A DNA stretch of 64,000 nucleotides from Gammaproteobacteria bacterium (GCA_045561295.1 JBJKYD010000009.1:128001-192000), one strand, 5' to 3'. Counted from the first letter of the stretch, positions 50,456 through 61,466 are shown. Numbers and translations are program-made. Notes: generated from the sequence alone by a model not told the origin.

Positions 50456-51895
50456 TTAGTATTTCCAAAAATATTTTGTTATTAAGATAATAAATGTATA
50501 AATCTCAAGCCTTCCTATAATCATCATCAATGAAAGTAACGATTTAGAAAAATCATTGAGAGATGCATAGTTCCCATAAGCTTCTCCAAGAGCTGGACCG
50601 AGATTATTTATACATGCGGCAGTTGTTGAAAAGGATGTGATCAAATCATGTCCTGACATCATAATTAGTAACGACGATATAAAGAAAATAACAATATATA
50701 GGATTATGAATGACAAAATAGTCTCAATAGTTACATCTTCTACTTTTTTATCATTAACTTTTATAGATATCTGAGCTTTGGGATGTATTACTTTTAATAA
50801 CTGTTTTTTTATAGACTTTAGAGCAATAGTTATTCTTATAACTTTCATTCCTCCACCAGCTGATCCTGCACATGCACCTATAAAACTTGATAAAAATATC
50901 AGAGTAATAATAAACGTAGGCCATATGTTATACTCTGAAACAGTGAAACCTGATGTAGTTACAAAAGACAACACATGGAAGATTAAATCTATATTGTTAA
51001 TTGACGATAATCTCCCTCCTATTGAAAAAAGGAACACCAGAATAAGGAGGCCCATAATTATAACTATAAATGTTTTAGCTTCAGAATTAGAAAAATAATT
51101 ATCAAAAGATTTTGTTTTATAGAATAAAAAATGTAGAACAAAATTTAATGCTGATAAAAACATGAATACCATACATATTATTTTTATATAATCACTTGAG
51201 TAGTATCCTATGCTTTCATTGTGTGTAGAAAAGCCACCTATAGACACTGTAGAGAAGCTATGCCCAATAGCATCAAAAAAATTCATACCTGCGAGTTTAT
51301 AAAATATCATACATATGATTGTTAATATAAGGTAAACACCCCATAAACTTTTGGCGGTTTCTTTAATTCTTGGAGATAATTTATTATCTTTGATAGGTGA
51401 TGATGTTTCAGCTTTATATAAATACATCCCTCCTACACCTAAGATGGGTAATATAGCTAAAACGAGAACAACTATCCCAATACCTCCTAGCCACTGGAGC
51501 AATTGACGGTAAAGGAGAAGTGGTCTACTCAATTCTTCAATATTTGTTATAACAGTGGCACCTGTTGTAGTCCAACCAGAAGTTGATTCAAAAATTGCGT
51601 CTATAAAACTAAGATTGAGTTGTTTATCTAAAATGAAAGGCACTGAACCAAAGATGCTTAAAACAAACCAAAAAATTGCAACAATAAGAAACCCTTCTTT
51701 TATTTTAATTTGTGATTTTTCTTTTTTATTAGGAAAATATGTGATTAGCCCAGAAAAAAAAACTATCAAAAAAGATTGTAGAAAATTGTCTACACTAATA
51801 GCGTAGTAAAAAGATGCAATTAACGGTATTAGTAAGAAAAAACTAAAAATTAATAGGATAATGCCAGTTATTTTAAGTATTTGATAATAGTTCAT
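50456..51895 (-). CDS. trkH: Trk potassium uptake permease
   Basis: FESTSGWTTTG, QWLGGIG, GGFS, NNLGP, GRLE. Confidence 0.96.
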   Translation of the reverse strand: MNYYQILKITGIILLIFSFFLLIPLIASFYYAISVDNFLQSFLIVFFSGLITYFPNKKEKSQIKIKEGFLIVAIFWFVLSIFGSVPFILDKQLNLSFIDAIFESTSGWTTTGATVITNIEELSRPLLLYRQLLQWLGGIGIVVLVLAILPILGVGGMYLYKAETSSPIKDNKLSPRIKETAKSLWGVYLILTIICMIFYKLAGMNFFDAIGHSFSTVSIGGFSTHNESIGYYSSDYIKIICMVFMFLSALNFVLHFLFYKTKSFDNYFSNSEAKTFIVIIMGLLILVFLFSIGGRLSSINNIDLIFHVLSFVTTSGFTVSEYNIWPTFIITLIFLSSFIGACAGSAGGGMKVIRITIALKSIKKQLLKVIHPKAQISIKVNDKKVEDVTIETILSFIILYIVIFFISSLLIMMSGHDLITSFSTTAACINNLGPALGEAYGNYASLNDFSKSLLSLMMIIGRLEIYTFIILITKYFWKY

Positions 51896-53266
51896 TTAGA
51901 AAAAGCCAATACTTACTTGGAGTAGTTTCGCAAGTTTAGAAAAATCTTTTTTATGAAGTAAATAAATAATTAATCGATCATTACTTTGTATGCTTACATC
52001 TTCATTTAATAGAATGACTTTTCCTTCCCTGTAGATTGCACCTATTCTGCAACCTGATGGTAATTCTAATTCTGATACTTTTTTGCCAACAACTTTTGAT
52101 GTTTTATTATCACCATGAATAATAATTTCTAATAATTCTGCTTCTCCGAAACCTAGAGAATGTACTTTAACAACATCACTTGTTCTTACAGAAGCTAAAA
52201 TAGAGCCAATAGTTACATCCTCAGGAGAGACAACAACATCAATTTCTTTAGATACAAGTTTTCTATATGAGAGCTTATTGATGATTGCTATTGATTTTTT
52301 TGCTCCTAGATCTTTAGCCAGTTTTGCAGACAAAATATTCATCTGATCATCATTTGTAACGCTACAGAAATAGTCTACTTCTTCAATCCCCTCATTATCT
52401 AATAAGGACTCATCTGAAATATCGTCATTCAAAACAACTGTGTCTTCTAAAGACTCTGATAAATATTTTGATCTGATTAAGTCTTTTTCTATAATTTTCG
52501 TGGAAAATTTTTGCGAAAGTTTATCAGCTAATGTCATTCCAACAATTCCTCCTCCTGCAATCATAATATTCTCTATGCGAGACTGATTTTTACTCAATTC
52601 ACTCATAAATCTCATATTTTCTTCTGTTGCAAGGAAAAATAAATCATCGCCTGTTTCAATAACAGTAGTTCCATTCACGGGTAGTATTTTTCTATCTCTA
52701 TATAATGCAATTACATTTACATCTACATTTGGTAGGTGTTTTTTAAATTCTGATAACTTTCGACCGGCTAGCGGGCCATCTTTTAAAACTGTAGCTCCTA
52801 TAACTTGAAGCTTTCCGTCAGCAAAATCATATGCTTGGAATGCGCCTGGGTGTTCGATTATATTTTTTATAAAATCTGTAACTAACTGACTTGGGCTAAT
52901 TATAGAATTAATGGAAAATAAGTCTAAATCAAATCCAGATGTACTTACTTGAAACTCTGAGTTACGTAATCTTGCTATTACAGTGGGTACATTAAACATC
53001 TTCTTAGCTAAGTGACAAGAAACTAAATTTACTTCATCGCTTGCCGTTGTTGCGATTAGTATGTCGCAATCGTTTACCTCAGCTTGTTCTAAAACTGATG
53101 GTGATGAAGCATTACCATGAATAGTTTTTATATCATTATCTTCTTGAAGATCTTCAATGACCGATAGATTTGTGTCGATAAGGGTTATATCATTTCCATC
53201 ATCGGTAAGAATTTTTGCTAAAGAGGAACCTACTTGCCCTCCGCCTAATACTGCTATCTTTTTCAT
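51896..53266 (-). CDS. trkA: Trk potassium uptake regulatory subunit
   Basis: Two RCK domains, LGGGQVG and IAGGGIVG. Confidence 0.96.
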   Translation of the reverse strand: MKKIAVLGGGQVGSSLAKILTDDGNDITLIDTNLSVIEDLQEDNDIKTIHGNASSPSVLEQAEVNDCDILIATTASDEVNLVSCHLAKKMFNVPTVIARLRNSEFQVSTSGFDLDLFSINSIISPSQLVTDFIKNIIEHPGAFQAYDFADGKLQVIGATVLKDGPLAGRKLSEFKKHLPNVDVNVIALYRDRKILPVNGTTVIETGDDLFFLATEENMRFMSELSKNQSRIENIMIAGGGIVGMTLADKLSQKFSTKIIEKDLIRSKYLSESLEDTVVLNDDISDESLLDNEGIEEVDYFCSVTNDDQMNILSAKLAKDLGAKKSIAIINKLSYRKLVSKEIDVVVSPEDVTIGSILASVRTSDVVKVHSLGFGEAELLEIIIHGDNKTSKVVGKKVSELELPSGCRIGAIYREGKVILLNEDVSIQSNDRLIIYLLHKKDFSKLAKLLQVSIGFF

Positions 53267-53307
53267 AGATGTGTCTGGTCATAATTCTACATCATAAAAT
53301 ATTTAAA

Positions 53308-54267
53308 TTATAATGATTTATATGAAATATTAGCGCAATTATTAATAAGAGTTTCTTTAATAGGGTGATTTGAATTATACAAATCTCTACTTGTAATAGT
53401 TTTTTTACCTTCAAGCTGAAGCTTTAAAATAGATAAAAATCCTTCCTTTGCTGCTATTACTAATTCATTTTTATTGAAACTGACTACAGTGCCAGTTGGA
53501 TATTCGTGTTTTTTTTCAATACAATTTGCATCAAGTATTTTTATATTATCTCCGAAGAGATTAATGCGTGCCACTGGCCATAAATGGAGCGCTCTTATCA
53601 TATTAAACATTACTCTCACATTCATATCCCAATTTAAGAATGCATCTTCCTTTTTTATTTTTTTGGCATAAGTTGGCTTTTCGATTAATGTACTTTGGAT
53701 ATATTCTTTTGCGCATATTTTATCGATTGCTTCTGAACAACACTCAACAGCTATGTCAGTTAGATTATCTTGTACCGCAGTACAATTATCTGATTCTTTT
53801 ATAGTGTACGCTTTATTCAATACCAACTTTCCTTCATCCAGTTTTTGATTTATTTCAAAATAAGTTACACCGGTTGTAGTTTCATTATTTATTAATGCAT
53901 GCTGAATGGGGGCAGCACCGCGGTATGCAGGCAGTAGTGAGCAGTGAAGGTTCATGATACCGAACCTAGTAGCATCAATAATGGATTGTGGGATTATTTT
54001 TCCATAAGCATAGACGATACCGAGGTCAGCTTTGATACTTGAAATATCATCCACAACGGGATTACTAAATTGATCAGGCGTAATACATCTTAATCCATTT
54101 TTATCACAAAACTCATATATTGATGTATGGACTATTTTTCCTCTTCTCGTCTTCTCTGAGCCTTGTGAAATTACTAAAGGTACTTGATGTCCTAAGCTAA
54201 TAATCTTTTTTAGTAGTGATACTGAATAATAAGGGCTTCCAAAATAAATTATCTTTAGCTTAGTCAC
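53308..54267 (-). CDS. fmt: Methionyl-tRNA formyltransferase
   Basis: NLHCSLLPAYRGAAPIQ, LDEG, TYAKKI. Confidence 0.96.
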   Translation of the reverse strand: MTKLKIIYFGSPYYSVSLLKKIISLGHQVPLVISQGSEKTRRGKIVHTSIYEFCDKNGLRCITPDQFSNPVVDDISSIKADLGIVYAYGKIIPQSIIDATRFGIMNLHCSLLPAYRGAAPIQHALINNETTTGVTYFEINQKLDEGKLVLNKAYTIKESDNCTAVQDNLTDIAVECCSEAIDKICAKEYIQSTLIEKPTYAKKIKKEDAFLNWDMNVRVMFNMIRALHLWPVARINLFGDNIKILDANCIEKKHEYPTGTVVSFNKNELVIAAKEGFLSILKLQLEGKKTITSRDLYNSNHPIKETLINNCANISYKSL

Positions 54268-54800
54268 TTTATATACGGGTTCTCCGATCTTTTACTCGAT
54301 TCTGGATTTTGTTTTTGCTTAATAAGGCCTTTCTCAATCTTTGATCTTTTCATGTCAGATAGATAATCAACAAACAATTTTCCATTAAGATGATCAATCT
54401 CGTGTTGAATACATACAGCTAGCAAGTCTGTGGCTTCAGCCTCATACAGCTTACCTTTAATGTCATTAGCTTGGTATTTAATATAATTATATCTATCGAC
54501 TTTTTCGTAGAATCCAGGAACAGATAAACAGCCCTCATCAAAAACGATAGGTTCTCTTTTATCCAAGATAACGGGATTAATAAGTATAATCTTTTCATTT
54601 CTATCTTTCGAAACATCAATTGTTATCACTCTTGTTATTACATTAATCTGTATTGCTGACAGACCAATACCTTTCTCATGGTACATAGTTTCAAACATAT
54701 CAGATATTAGTGTTTTCAACTCATTATTATATTCAGTCTGATCAGGACAAAGTTGTCTTAATCTATTATCTGGGTAGTGCAATATCGTTCTCAAAGTCAT
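54264..54800 (-). CDS. def: Peptide deformylase
   Basis: GIGLSAIQ, EGCLS, QHEIDHL. Confidence 0.98.
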   Translation of the reverse strand: MTLRTILHYPDNRLRQLCPDQTEYNNELKTLISDMFETMYHEKGIGLSAIQINVITRVITIDVSKDRNEKIILINPVILDKREPIVFDEGCLSVPGFYEKVDRYNYIKYQANDIKGKLYEAEATDLLAVCIQHEIDHLNGKLFVDYLSDMKRSKIEKGLIKQKQNPESSKRSENPYIK

Positions 54801-54880
54801 TTTTTTAACCTAATGTCTTGTACTTATTGTTATTTTGATAGTATAAAGTAAAAAAAAGAATAATTAAGCCTAGGTTAGCT

Positions 54881-57196
54881 ATGAAAAACTTAATGATAGT
54901 AGAGTCACCAACAAAGGTTAAGAGTATTGAAAAATTTCTTGGCCCAGATTTTAAAGTCGTTGCATCAGTTGGTCATGTAAGAGATCTTGTTTCTTCTGCA
55001 AGAAAGGGGATTGATGTAGACAAGGGATTTAAGCCAGTTTGGAAGGTATCGAATAATAAAAAGTCTGTAATTGATGACATCAAAAAATATACGAAGGATG
55101 CTGATGTAATATATTTTGCGACTGACCCGGATAGAGAGGGTGAAGCAATATCAAAACACTTATATGATATTTTAGAAAAAGCAAAATTCTTAAAAGGTAA
55201 AGAGACGCATCGAGTTGTATTCAATGAAATTACAAAAAATGCTGTTGTAGATGCTTTAAAAAATCCACGAACAATATCTATTAGTCAGTGGGATGCATAT
55301 TTAGCTAGAAGGACTCTTGATTACTTAATGGGCTATGATATTTCTGAATTTTTATGGAAGAAGGTGAGTCGTGATGCAAGAGCGGGAAGAGTTCAAAGTC
55401 CAGCATTAAGATTAATCGTAGAGCGTGAAATTAAAATAAATGCATTTGATCCACAAGAGTACTGGAATTTGTCTGCAAGCGTTTCAAATAATGATAGAAA
55501 CATAGAAATAGAATTAATAGAAATTAATGGAGAGAAAATAAAAAAAGATAATATTACAAGTATAAATGACTCTAAAAGCGCTGAAGAGATAAAATCAAAA
55601 ATAGAAAAATATAAAAATGTAAAAGTATCAAATATAAAAAATGGTCAAAGAAAAACCAAACCTAAGGCCCCATTCACAACTGCATCTTTGCAACAAACCG
55701 CTTATACAAGTCTTGGGCTTTCTGTTAAACAAACCTCTGCAATAGCACAAAGACTCTATCAAGGGATGGATATAGGGAGTGGTCAACCCGTTGGTTTGAT
55801 AAGTTATATGAGAACAGATTCAACAAACTTGTCAAAAGATGCTTTATCCGATATTTCATCATATCTTAAAAAAAATCACCCAACGCTAGCAGAGGATCAA
55901 GTAAGAATATACAAAGGTAAATCAAAAAATGCACAAGAGGCCCATGAGGCAATAAGGCCGACATCTATGTCAAATACACCTAGTGCTGTGAAAAAGTATC
56001 TCGAAGAAAATGATTATAAGCTATATGATTTAATATGGAAAAGAACATTGGCATCTCAAATGAAAGACTCTATTAGCAAAACAGTATCAATAGACCTATC
56101 TATGGAAAATGATTTCACATTTAAATATTCTGGTTCATATCTAGAGTTTCCTGGATTCAAAGAAGTTTATAGTTTTAGTGATAATGATGAAAAAGAAAAA
56201 GAGAATAAAAAAATACTGGAAAGCTTGAAAATAAATGATGAGCTAAATCTTGATAGTGTTAATGCGGAACAAAAATTTACTCAGCCTCCTGCTAGATACA
56301 ATCAAGCGAGTTTAATACAAGCGCTGGAGGAATTAGGTATTGGAAGACCGTCAACATATGTGACTATTATTAATAAAATAATGGAGAGTAATTATGTTGA
56401 TCCAGAAAAAAGTAATTTTCAGCCGACAGCATTAGCTAAGGTTGTCTATGAGACTCTCATAAACCATTTTAGAGATGACTTAGTTGATTATGATTTTACT
56501 GCCCGTCTTGAAGAAGATTTAGATAAAATAGCAAATGGCGAAAAAGAATATATGGAATGTGTTGAAAAAACATATAAACCATTTAAGGAGAATCTTGATG
56601 AAAAGATTAAAACTGTTGATATCTCTGAACAAAGAGAACTCAAAGACTTAGGAATCCATCCAGAAACAAAAAGGCCTGTGACCGTAAGACTAACTAGATA
56701 TGGGCCAACAATTCAAATGGGCACAAAAGAAGATGAAGAAAAACCAAAATGGGCAGCATTGACACCTGATCAAAAAAAGAATATTGATTCAATAACGCTT
56801 GATGATGCAATTCGACTGTTTAAGCTGCCCGAAAAGATTGGGGAATTCGAAAAAGAGGAAATACTTATAAATATTGGTCCATTTGGACCTTATGTTAAAT
56901 GTGGTAAAACTAATGTATCAATGAAGGATATTGATATTTTTTCTCTATCAGAAGCCGAGGCTATTACGCGCATTGAAGAAAAAAGAGAAATTGATGCAAA
57001 TAGAGAAATTAATATATTTGATTCATCAGGAATAAAGGTACTCAATGGAATGTATGGGCCGTATATAACTGACGGCAAGAAAAATGTGCGTATACCAAAA
57101 GATGTTGACCCAAAATCCCTAGATGAACTTACATGTATTGAAATGATAAAAAATGCACCTAAGAGACGCGCTCGTAGAACACGAGCAAAAAAATGA
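54881..57196 (+). CDS. topA: DNA topoisomerase I (C-terminal repeats instead of zinc ribbons)
   Basis: IVESPTK, ATDPDREGE, GRVQSPAL, ISYMRTDS, AQEAHEAIRPT; GPFGPYV-type repeats and basic tail. Confidence 0.97.
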   Translation: MKNLMIVESPTKVKSIEKFLGPDFKVVASVGHVRDLVSSARKGIDVDKGFKPVWKVSNNKKSVIDDIKKYTKDADVIYFATDPDREGEAISKHLYDILEKAKFLKGKETHRVVFNEITKNAVVDALKNPRTISISQWDAYLARRTLDYLMGYDISEFLWKKVSRDARAGRVQSPALRLIVEREIKINAFDPQEYWNLSASVSNNDRNIEIELIEINGEKIKKDNITSINDSKSAEEIKSKIEKYKNVKVSNIKNGQRKTKPKAPFTTASLQQTAYTSLGLSVKQTSAIAQRLYQGMDIGSGQPVGLISYMRTDSTNLSKDALSDISSYLKKNHPTLAEDQVRIYKGKSKNAQEAHEAIRPTSMSNTPSAVKKYLEENDYKLYDLIWKRTLASQMKDSISKTVSIDLSMENDFTFKYSGSYLEFPGFKEVYSFSDNDEKEKENKKILESLKINDELNLDSVNAEQKFTQPPARYNQASLIQALEELGIGRPSTYVTIINKIMESNYVDPEKSNFQPTALAKVVYETLINHFRDDLVDYDFTARLEEDLDKIANGEKEYMECVEKTYKPFKENLDEKIKTVDISEQRELKDLGIHPETKRPVTVRLTRYGPTIQMGTKEDEEKPKWAALTPDQKKNIDSITLDDAIRLFKLPEKIGEFEKEEILINIGPFGPYVKCGKTNVSMKDIDIFSLSEAEAITRIEEKREIDANREINIFDSSGIKVLNGMYGPYITDGKKNVRIPKDVDPKSLDELTCIEMIKNAPKRRARRTRAKK

Positions 57197-57738
57197 TACC
57201 AAAACTTGATCCTTTTGCTGCCTCAGAGATTATCAAAAATGGTGGAAATGCAATTTATCCAACTGAAGGCATATATGGAATTGGATGTGATCCATTCAAT
57301 AAATCAAGTGTAGAAGATATCTTTAATATTAAAGGTAGAGATTTAACTAAAAACTTTATCATTCTCGCCTCAGATATAAATTATTTAAAAAAGATTATAG
57401 ATAAAAGTTTATTTAAAAATAAAGCATTAACTGATGGAAGCTTTACAACATGGGTTGTTCCAATAAATAAAGATTGTCCGCCATGGCTTGAGTCCAATAA
57501 TAGTATAGCTATAAGAATTACGAGTCATCCTGTTATAGATGAACTATGTGAAAATTTAAATGGGCCAATTATCTCAACGAGTGCTAATTATTCGAACGAA
57601 CAATATATTAATGATATAACTACTATAGAGAAAATATTTGATGGAAAAATTGACTGTATTGTAAAAGGAAAATTAGGTGATGAGGAAAAATCTTCTACGA
57701 TTAAGGATATTTTGACAAATAAAATTTTAAGACACTAA
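57193..57738 (+). CDS. tsaC: Threonylcarbamoyl-AMP synthase
   Basis: YPTEGIYGIGCDP, IKGR, STSAN. Confidence 0.93.
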   Translation: MIPKLDPFAASEIIKNGGNAIYPTEGIYGIGCDPFNKSSVEDIFNIKGRDLTKNFIILASDINYLKKIIDKSLFKNKALTDGSFTTWVVPINKDCPPWLESNNSIAIRITSHPVIDELCENLNGPIISTSANYSNEQYINDITTIEKIFDGKIDCIVKGKLGDEEKSSTIKDILTNKILRH

Positions 57739-57741
57739 TAA

Positions 57742-58626
57742 ATGAAAACAAAAGATATATATAAATCCTTTTCAAAGGTGCAAGGAATTATCATTGATGA
57801 AATACAACAGCTTGATAGTTCTTCAAATAGAAATATTACTAAATGGAAACATAATCAAGGTGGTGGTGGCCTAAGTTGTGAAATATCAGGTAATAAATAT
57901 TTAGAAAAAGCAGCCGTTAACTTTTCTAGTATTACAGGGGGAAAACTACCATCTAGTGCTTTAGAAAAAACTGGCATGAAAGGATTAAAGAAATTTAATG
58001 CGACTGGTGTATCTGTTATCGTGCACCCCTGGAATCCTAAAGCTCCATGTTCGCACTTAAATATTAGGTTCTTTGAGGCAGTTGTCGGTAAAAAAACCAT
58101 TTGGTGGTTTGGTGGTGGTTTTGATCTAACCCCATACTTTATCAATAAAAGTGATGTGCTGTTCTGGAAGAAGTCTGCAGAGACTCTTTGTAATAAATAT
58201 AATAAAGGCTTTTACAAAAAGTATAATGATAATTGTAACAAATACTTTTTCTTACCACACCGTAATGAGCCCCGTGGTGTAGGCGGCATCTTTTTTGATC
58301 AGCTTAATAGCCTAGACTACGATGTTTGTAAAAGTTTTGCTTTAGATTGTGCTGCGACTTTTATTCAATCATACTCAAAACTGTTTAACAGTAAAAAGAA
58401 TCTTAAATATACAAAAAAAGAAAAGGCATTCCAGCTGTATAGAAGAGGAAGATATGTAGAATTTAATTTATTGTATGATAGAGGAACATTATTCGGATTG
58501 CAGTCTGGTGGTAGATCAGAATCAATATTAATGTCTATGCCACCAAAGGTATCTTGGTCCAAAGATTATAATTTCGAAGTATATGAACAGAAGCTATTAA
58601 AAATGTTTACCTTAGCTAGAAAATAA
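57742..58626 (+). CDS. hemF: Oxygen-dependent coproporphyrinogen III oxidase
   Basis: WWFGGGFDLTP, RGVGGIFFD, RGRYVEFNLLYDRGT. Confidence 0.97.
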   Translation: MKTKDIYKSFSKVQGIIIDEIQQLDSSSNRNITKWKHNQGGGGLSCEISGNKYLEKAAVNFSSITGGKLPSSALEKTGMKGLKKFNATGVSVIVHPWNPKAPCSHLNIRFFEAVVGKKTIWWFGGGFDLTPYFINKSDVLFWKKSAETLCNKYNKGFYKKYNDNCNKYFFLPHRNEPRGVGGIFFDQLNSLDYDVCKSFALDCAATFIQSYSKLFNSKKNLKYTKKEKAFQLYRRGRYVEFNLLYDRGTLFGLQSGGRSESILMSMPPKVSWSKDYNFEVYEQKLLKMFTLARK

Positions 58627-59088
58627 GCTGTCCAACAGTTTGATATTTTTTTCTTTTTCTTCTTCTTTAAGATCTACAATTGCAGTTGTTAATCTTGATA
58701 CACAATTCATCTTGCCAACTTCATTAAATATTTCAATATTCCATACATGAACAGATTTACCTAGAGCGACTGCTTTAGTAACTCCAGTAACTAATCCAGA
58801 TTTTACAGGCCTTATATGATTTGCATTTATTTCTAAGCCTACAGCTTTTTGTTTTTTCATATCTAAACATAGGTTTGATGCAATACTTCCAAGAGCCTCT
58901 GCAAGTACGCATGATGCTCCACCATGCAAAACACCTCTAGATTGTCTAGTAAAATCCTCAACTGGCATGGTTGCTGTTATTGAGTTATCGCTGATTTCAG
59001 TAAATTTTATACCTAGATGTCTATTAAGATTGTTATCTCTTAGAGCAATTACATGCTCGAGCGTATAGTTTTCATGCCAAATTCTCAT
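58612..59088 (-). CDS. Hotdog-fold thioesterase (PaaI/YdiI/MenI family)
   Basis: GVLHGGASCVLAE, VGLEINANHIR. Confidence 0.92.
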   Translation of the reverse strand: MRIWHENYTLEHVIALRDNNLNRHLGIKFTEISDNSITATMPVEDFTRQSRGVLHGGASCVLAEALGSIASNLCLDMKKQKAVGLEINANHIRPVKSGLVTGVTKAVALGKSVHVWNIEIFNEVGKMNCVSRLTTAIVDLKEEEKEKNIKLLDSLFSS

Positions 59089-59142
59089 CTATATACCTCA
59101 TATGTTAAAACTTGATAGATTAATATATCATCTTCTCTTAAA

Positions 59143-60159
59143 ATGAAAAGGCAAATGAAAAAGTTATCTAAACAAACTTACCCGTCTTTAAGAATGAGAA
59201 GACTAAGAAACAATAGTGGTATTAGAAAGTTAATAAGTGAAACTAAACTCACAGTAGATAACTTAGTACAACCTATCTTTGTTACCGAAGGAAAAAATAA
59301 AGCTGAAAAAATTTCTTCACTTCCCGGGATATATAGATATTCTGAAGATAACCTACTAAGAGAGGTAAAAAAGTTAAAAAGTTTAGGTATCATAGCTGTA
59401 GCATTATTTCCAAACATATCAAAAAATAATAAATCAGAAAGCGCTAACGAAGCTTTTAATAATGATGGTCTCATACAAAGGTGCATTAGAAAGATAAAAG
59501 ATAAATTTCCAGATTTTATTGTTATTAGTGATGTTGCTCTAGATCCTTATACCTCTCATGGGCAAGACGGAATTATTGACTCTACTGGTTACATTATAAA
59601 TGACGTTACAAACGATGTTTTGTTAAAACAAGCATTAAGTCATGCTGAAGCTGGCTCTGATATAGTTGCTCCATCAGATATGATGGATGGAAGAATAAAA
59701 ATTATAAGAAAAGGACTTGAAAAAGAAAGTTTCTATAATACAAAAATACTTTCTTACTCTGCTAAATATGCATCAAGTTACTATGGACCCTTTAGAGATG
59801 CAGTAGGTTCAATATCAGCTTTAGGAAAAGCAGATAAAAAAACATATCAAATGGATTTTTCAAATAAATCAGAAGCTATCAGAGAGGTCGACTTAGATCT
59901 TAGAGAAGGAGCTGACCTAGTGATGGTTAAGCCCGCGTTGCCATATTTGGACATTATTTCACTAATAAAAGAAACATTCAAAATTCCAGTATTTGCGTAT
60001 CATGTTAGTGGTGAATACTTAATGATAAAATCTGCTGCTAAAAATAAATCAATAGATGAGAAATTGATAGTCATTGAGACTCTTACTTGTATTAAAAGAT
60101 CTGGAGCATCGTCAATCATTACATATTACGCAAAAGAAGTTGCACAATGGCTAAACTAG
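59143..60159 (+). CDS. hemB: Porphobilinogen synthase (Asp-rich, non-Zn type)
   Basis: DVALDPYTSHGQDG, PSDMMDGR, YYGPFRDA, MVKP. Confidence 0.97.
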   Translation: MKRQMKKLSKQTYPSLRMRRLRNNSGIRKLISETKLTVDNLVQPIFVTEGKNKAEKISSLPGIYRYSEDNLLREVKKLKSLGIIAVALFPNISKNNKSESANEAFNNDGLIQRCIRKIKDKFPDFIVISDVALDPYTSHGQDGIIDSTGYIINDVTNDVLLKQALSHAEAGSDIVAPSDMMDGRIKIIRKGLEKESFYNTKILSYSAKYASSYYGPFRDAVGSISALGKADKKTYQMDFSNKSEAIREVDLDLREGADLVMVKPALPYLDIISLIKETFKIPVFAYHVSGEYLMIKSAAKNKSIDEKLIVIETLTCIKRSGASSIITYYAKEVAQWLN

Positions 60160-60953
60160 ATTTTGCTGTTATAGGAAAACCGGTAGCTCATAGCATGTCA
60201 CCTCAAATTCATAATTTTTTTGCTGCACAATTTGATTTCAAAAATTATAGTTATAAAAAGATTTTATCATCTAAAGAAAATCTTAAGGAGACTGTAAATG
60301 ATTTCTTTAGAAATGGTGGCTCTGGTTTAAATATAACCGTCCCATTCAAAGTAGATGCATATAATTTATGTGACATATTAGATGAGACGGCAAGTCAGTG
60401 TGGCAGTGTGAACACTCTAAAAAGTGAGTTAGGTAAAATAAAAGGATATAATACCGATGGCCAAGGCTTCATAGATGACTTAATAAAAAAAAATGTATGC
60501 ATTAATAACTCAACAATATTAATTTTAGGAGCTGGAGGTTCCGCCATGAGTATTGCAAATTCTCTACTGCGAGAATCTATCGAATCAAAAATATCTATTT
60601 TAAATCGAACTATAAGTAATGCTGATAAATTAGTTGATTATTTTAGTAACAATAATCTTCAGATTCACAAAACTGGTTCCGTTTACGATTTGGTTATAAA
60701 TACCACACCGATAAGTATGTCTGCGGATAAAGTAACTTTTCCAAATAACTTTATTAAACCATCTACAACATGTTATGACTTATTTTACAGTAATCAACAA
60801 ACAACATTTCAAGAATGGTCAATTAGAAATGGTATTGAAATTTGTTATGATGGTCTTGGGATGTTAATAGAGCAAGCAAAACATTCTTTCACAATTTGGA
60901 ATAATAAAATACCTGATGTAAACAGTCTAGAAGAACAATTAAGGCTCACTTAG
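60147..60953 (+). CDS. aroE: Shikimate dehydrogenase
   Basis: HSMSPQIH, NITVPFK, NTDG, GAGG, GLGMLIEQA. Confidence 0.95.
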   Translation: MAKLDFAVIGKPVAHSMSPQIHNFFAAQFDFKNYSYKKILSSKENLKETVNDFFRNGGSGLNITVPFKVDAYNLCDILDETASQCGSVNTLKSELGKIKGYNTDGQGFIDDLIKKNVCINNSTILILGAGGSAMSIANSLLRESIESKISILNRTISNADKLVDYFSNNNLQIHKTGSVYDLVINTTPISMSADKVTFPNNFIKPSTTCYDLFYSNQQTTFQEWSIRNGIEICYDGLGMLIEQAKHSFTIWNNKIPDVNSLEEQLRLT

Positions 60954-61466
60954 GAAATCATCTTTAGTATTCACATAATGAGTCGCTGAATATTTTAGAA
61001 ACTCGAGCTCAGCATCATTCAAAGGTCTAATCTTCTTACATGGTGAACCCATATATAAATAACCCGACTCCAACGTCTTACCAGAGGGTACAAGTGACTT
61101 TGCTCCTATTATAACTTTTTTTGATATTATCGTGCCATCAAGAATAACACTGCCCATTCCGACTAGGGCCATGTCCTCTATAGTGCAGGCGTGTATTATA
61201 CATCCATGTCCTATTGTTACATCTGCCCCAATATGGCATTGATAACCCTCTGAATATTGACTTTTATGAGTGACATGTACAATACTGCCATCTTGAATAT
61301 TTGTTCTTTCTCCTATAGTAATTGGGTTTATATCTCCCCTAATCACTGATTGAGGCCAAACACTTACATCATCTCCAAGAGAAACATCACCAATAACTGT
61401 AGCTTGCTCATCAACAAATACCCGCTTTCCTATGCTCGGGGTAAAATCTTTAAATTTTCTAATCAT
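60939..61466 (-). CDS. Gamma carbonic anhydrase family protein (YrdA-like)
   Basis: VIRGD, TNIQDG, VTIGHGCIIHAC hexapeptide repeats. Confidence 0.93.
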   Translation of the reverse strand: MIRKFKDFTPSIGKRVFVDEQATVIGDVSLGDDVSVWPQSVIRGDINPITIGERTNIQDGSIVHVTHKSQYSEGYQCHIGADVTIGHGCIIHACTIEDMALVGMGSVILDGTIISKKVIIGAKSLVPSGKTLESGYLYMGSPCKKIRPLNDAELEFLKYSATHYVNTKDDFLSEP

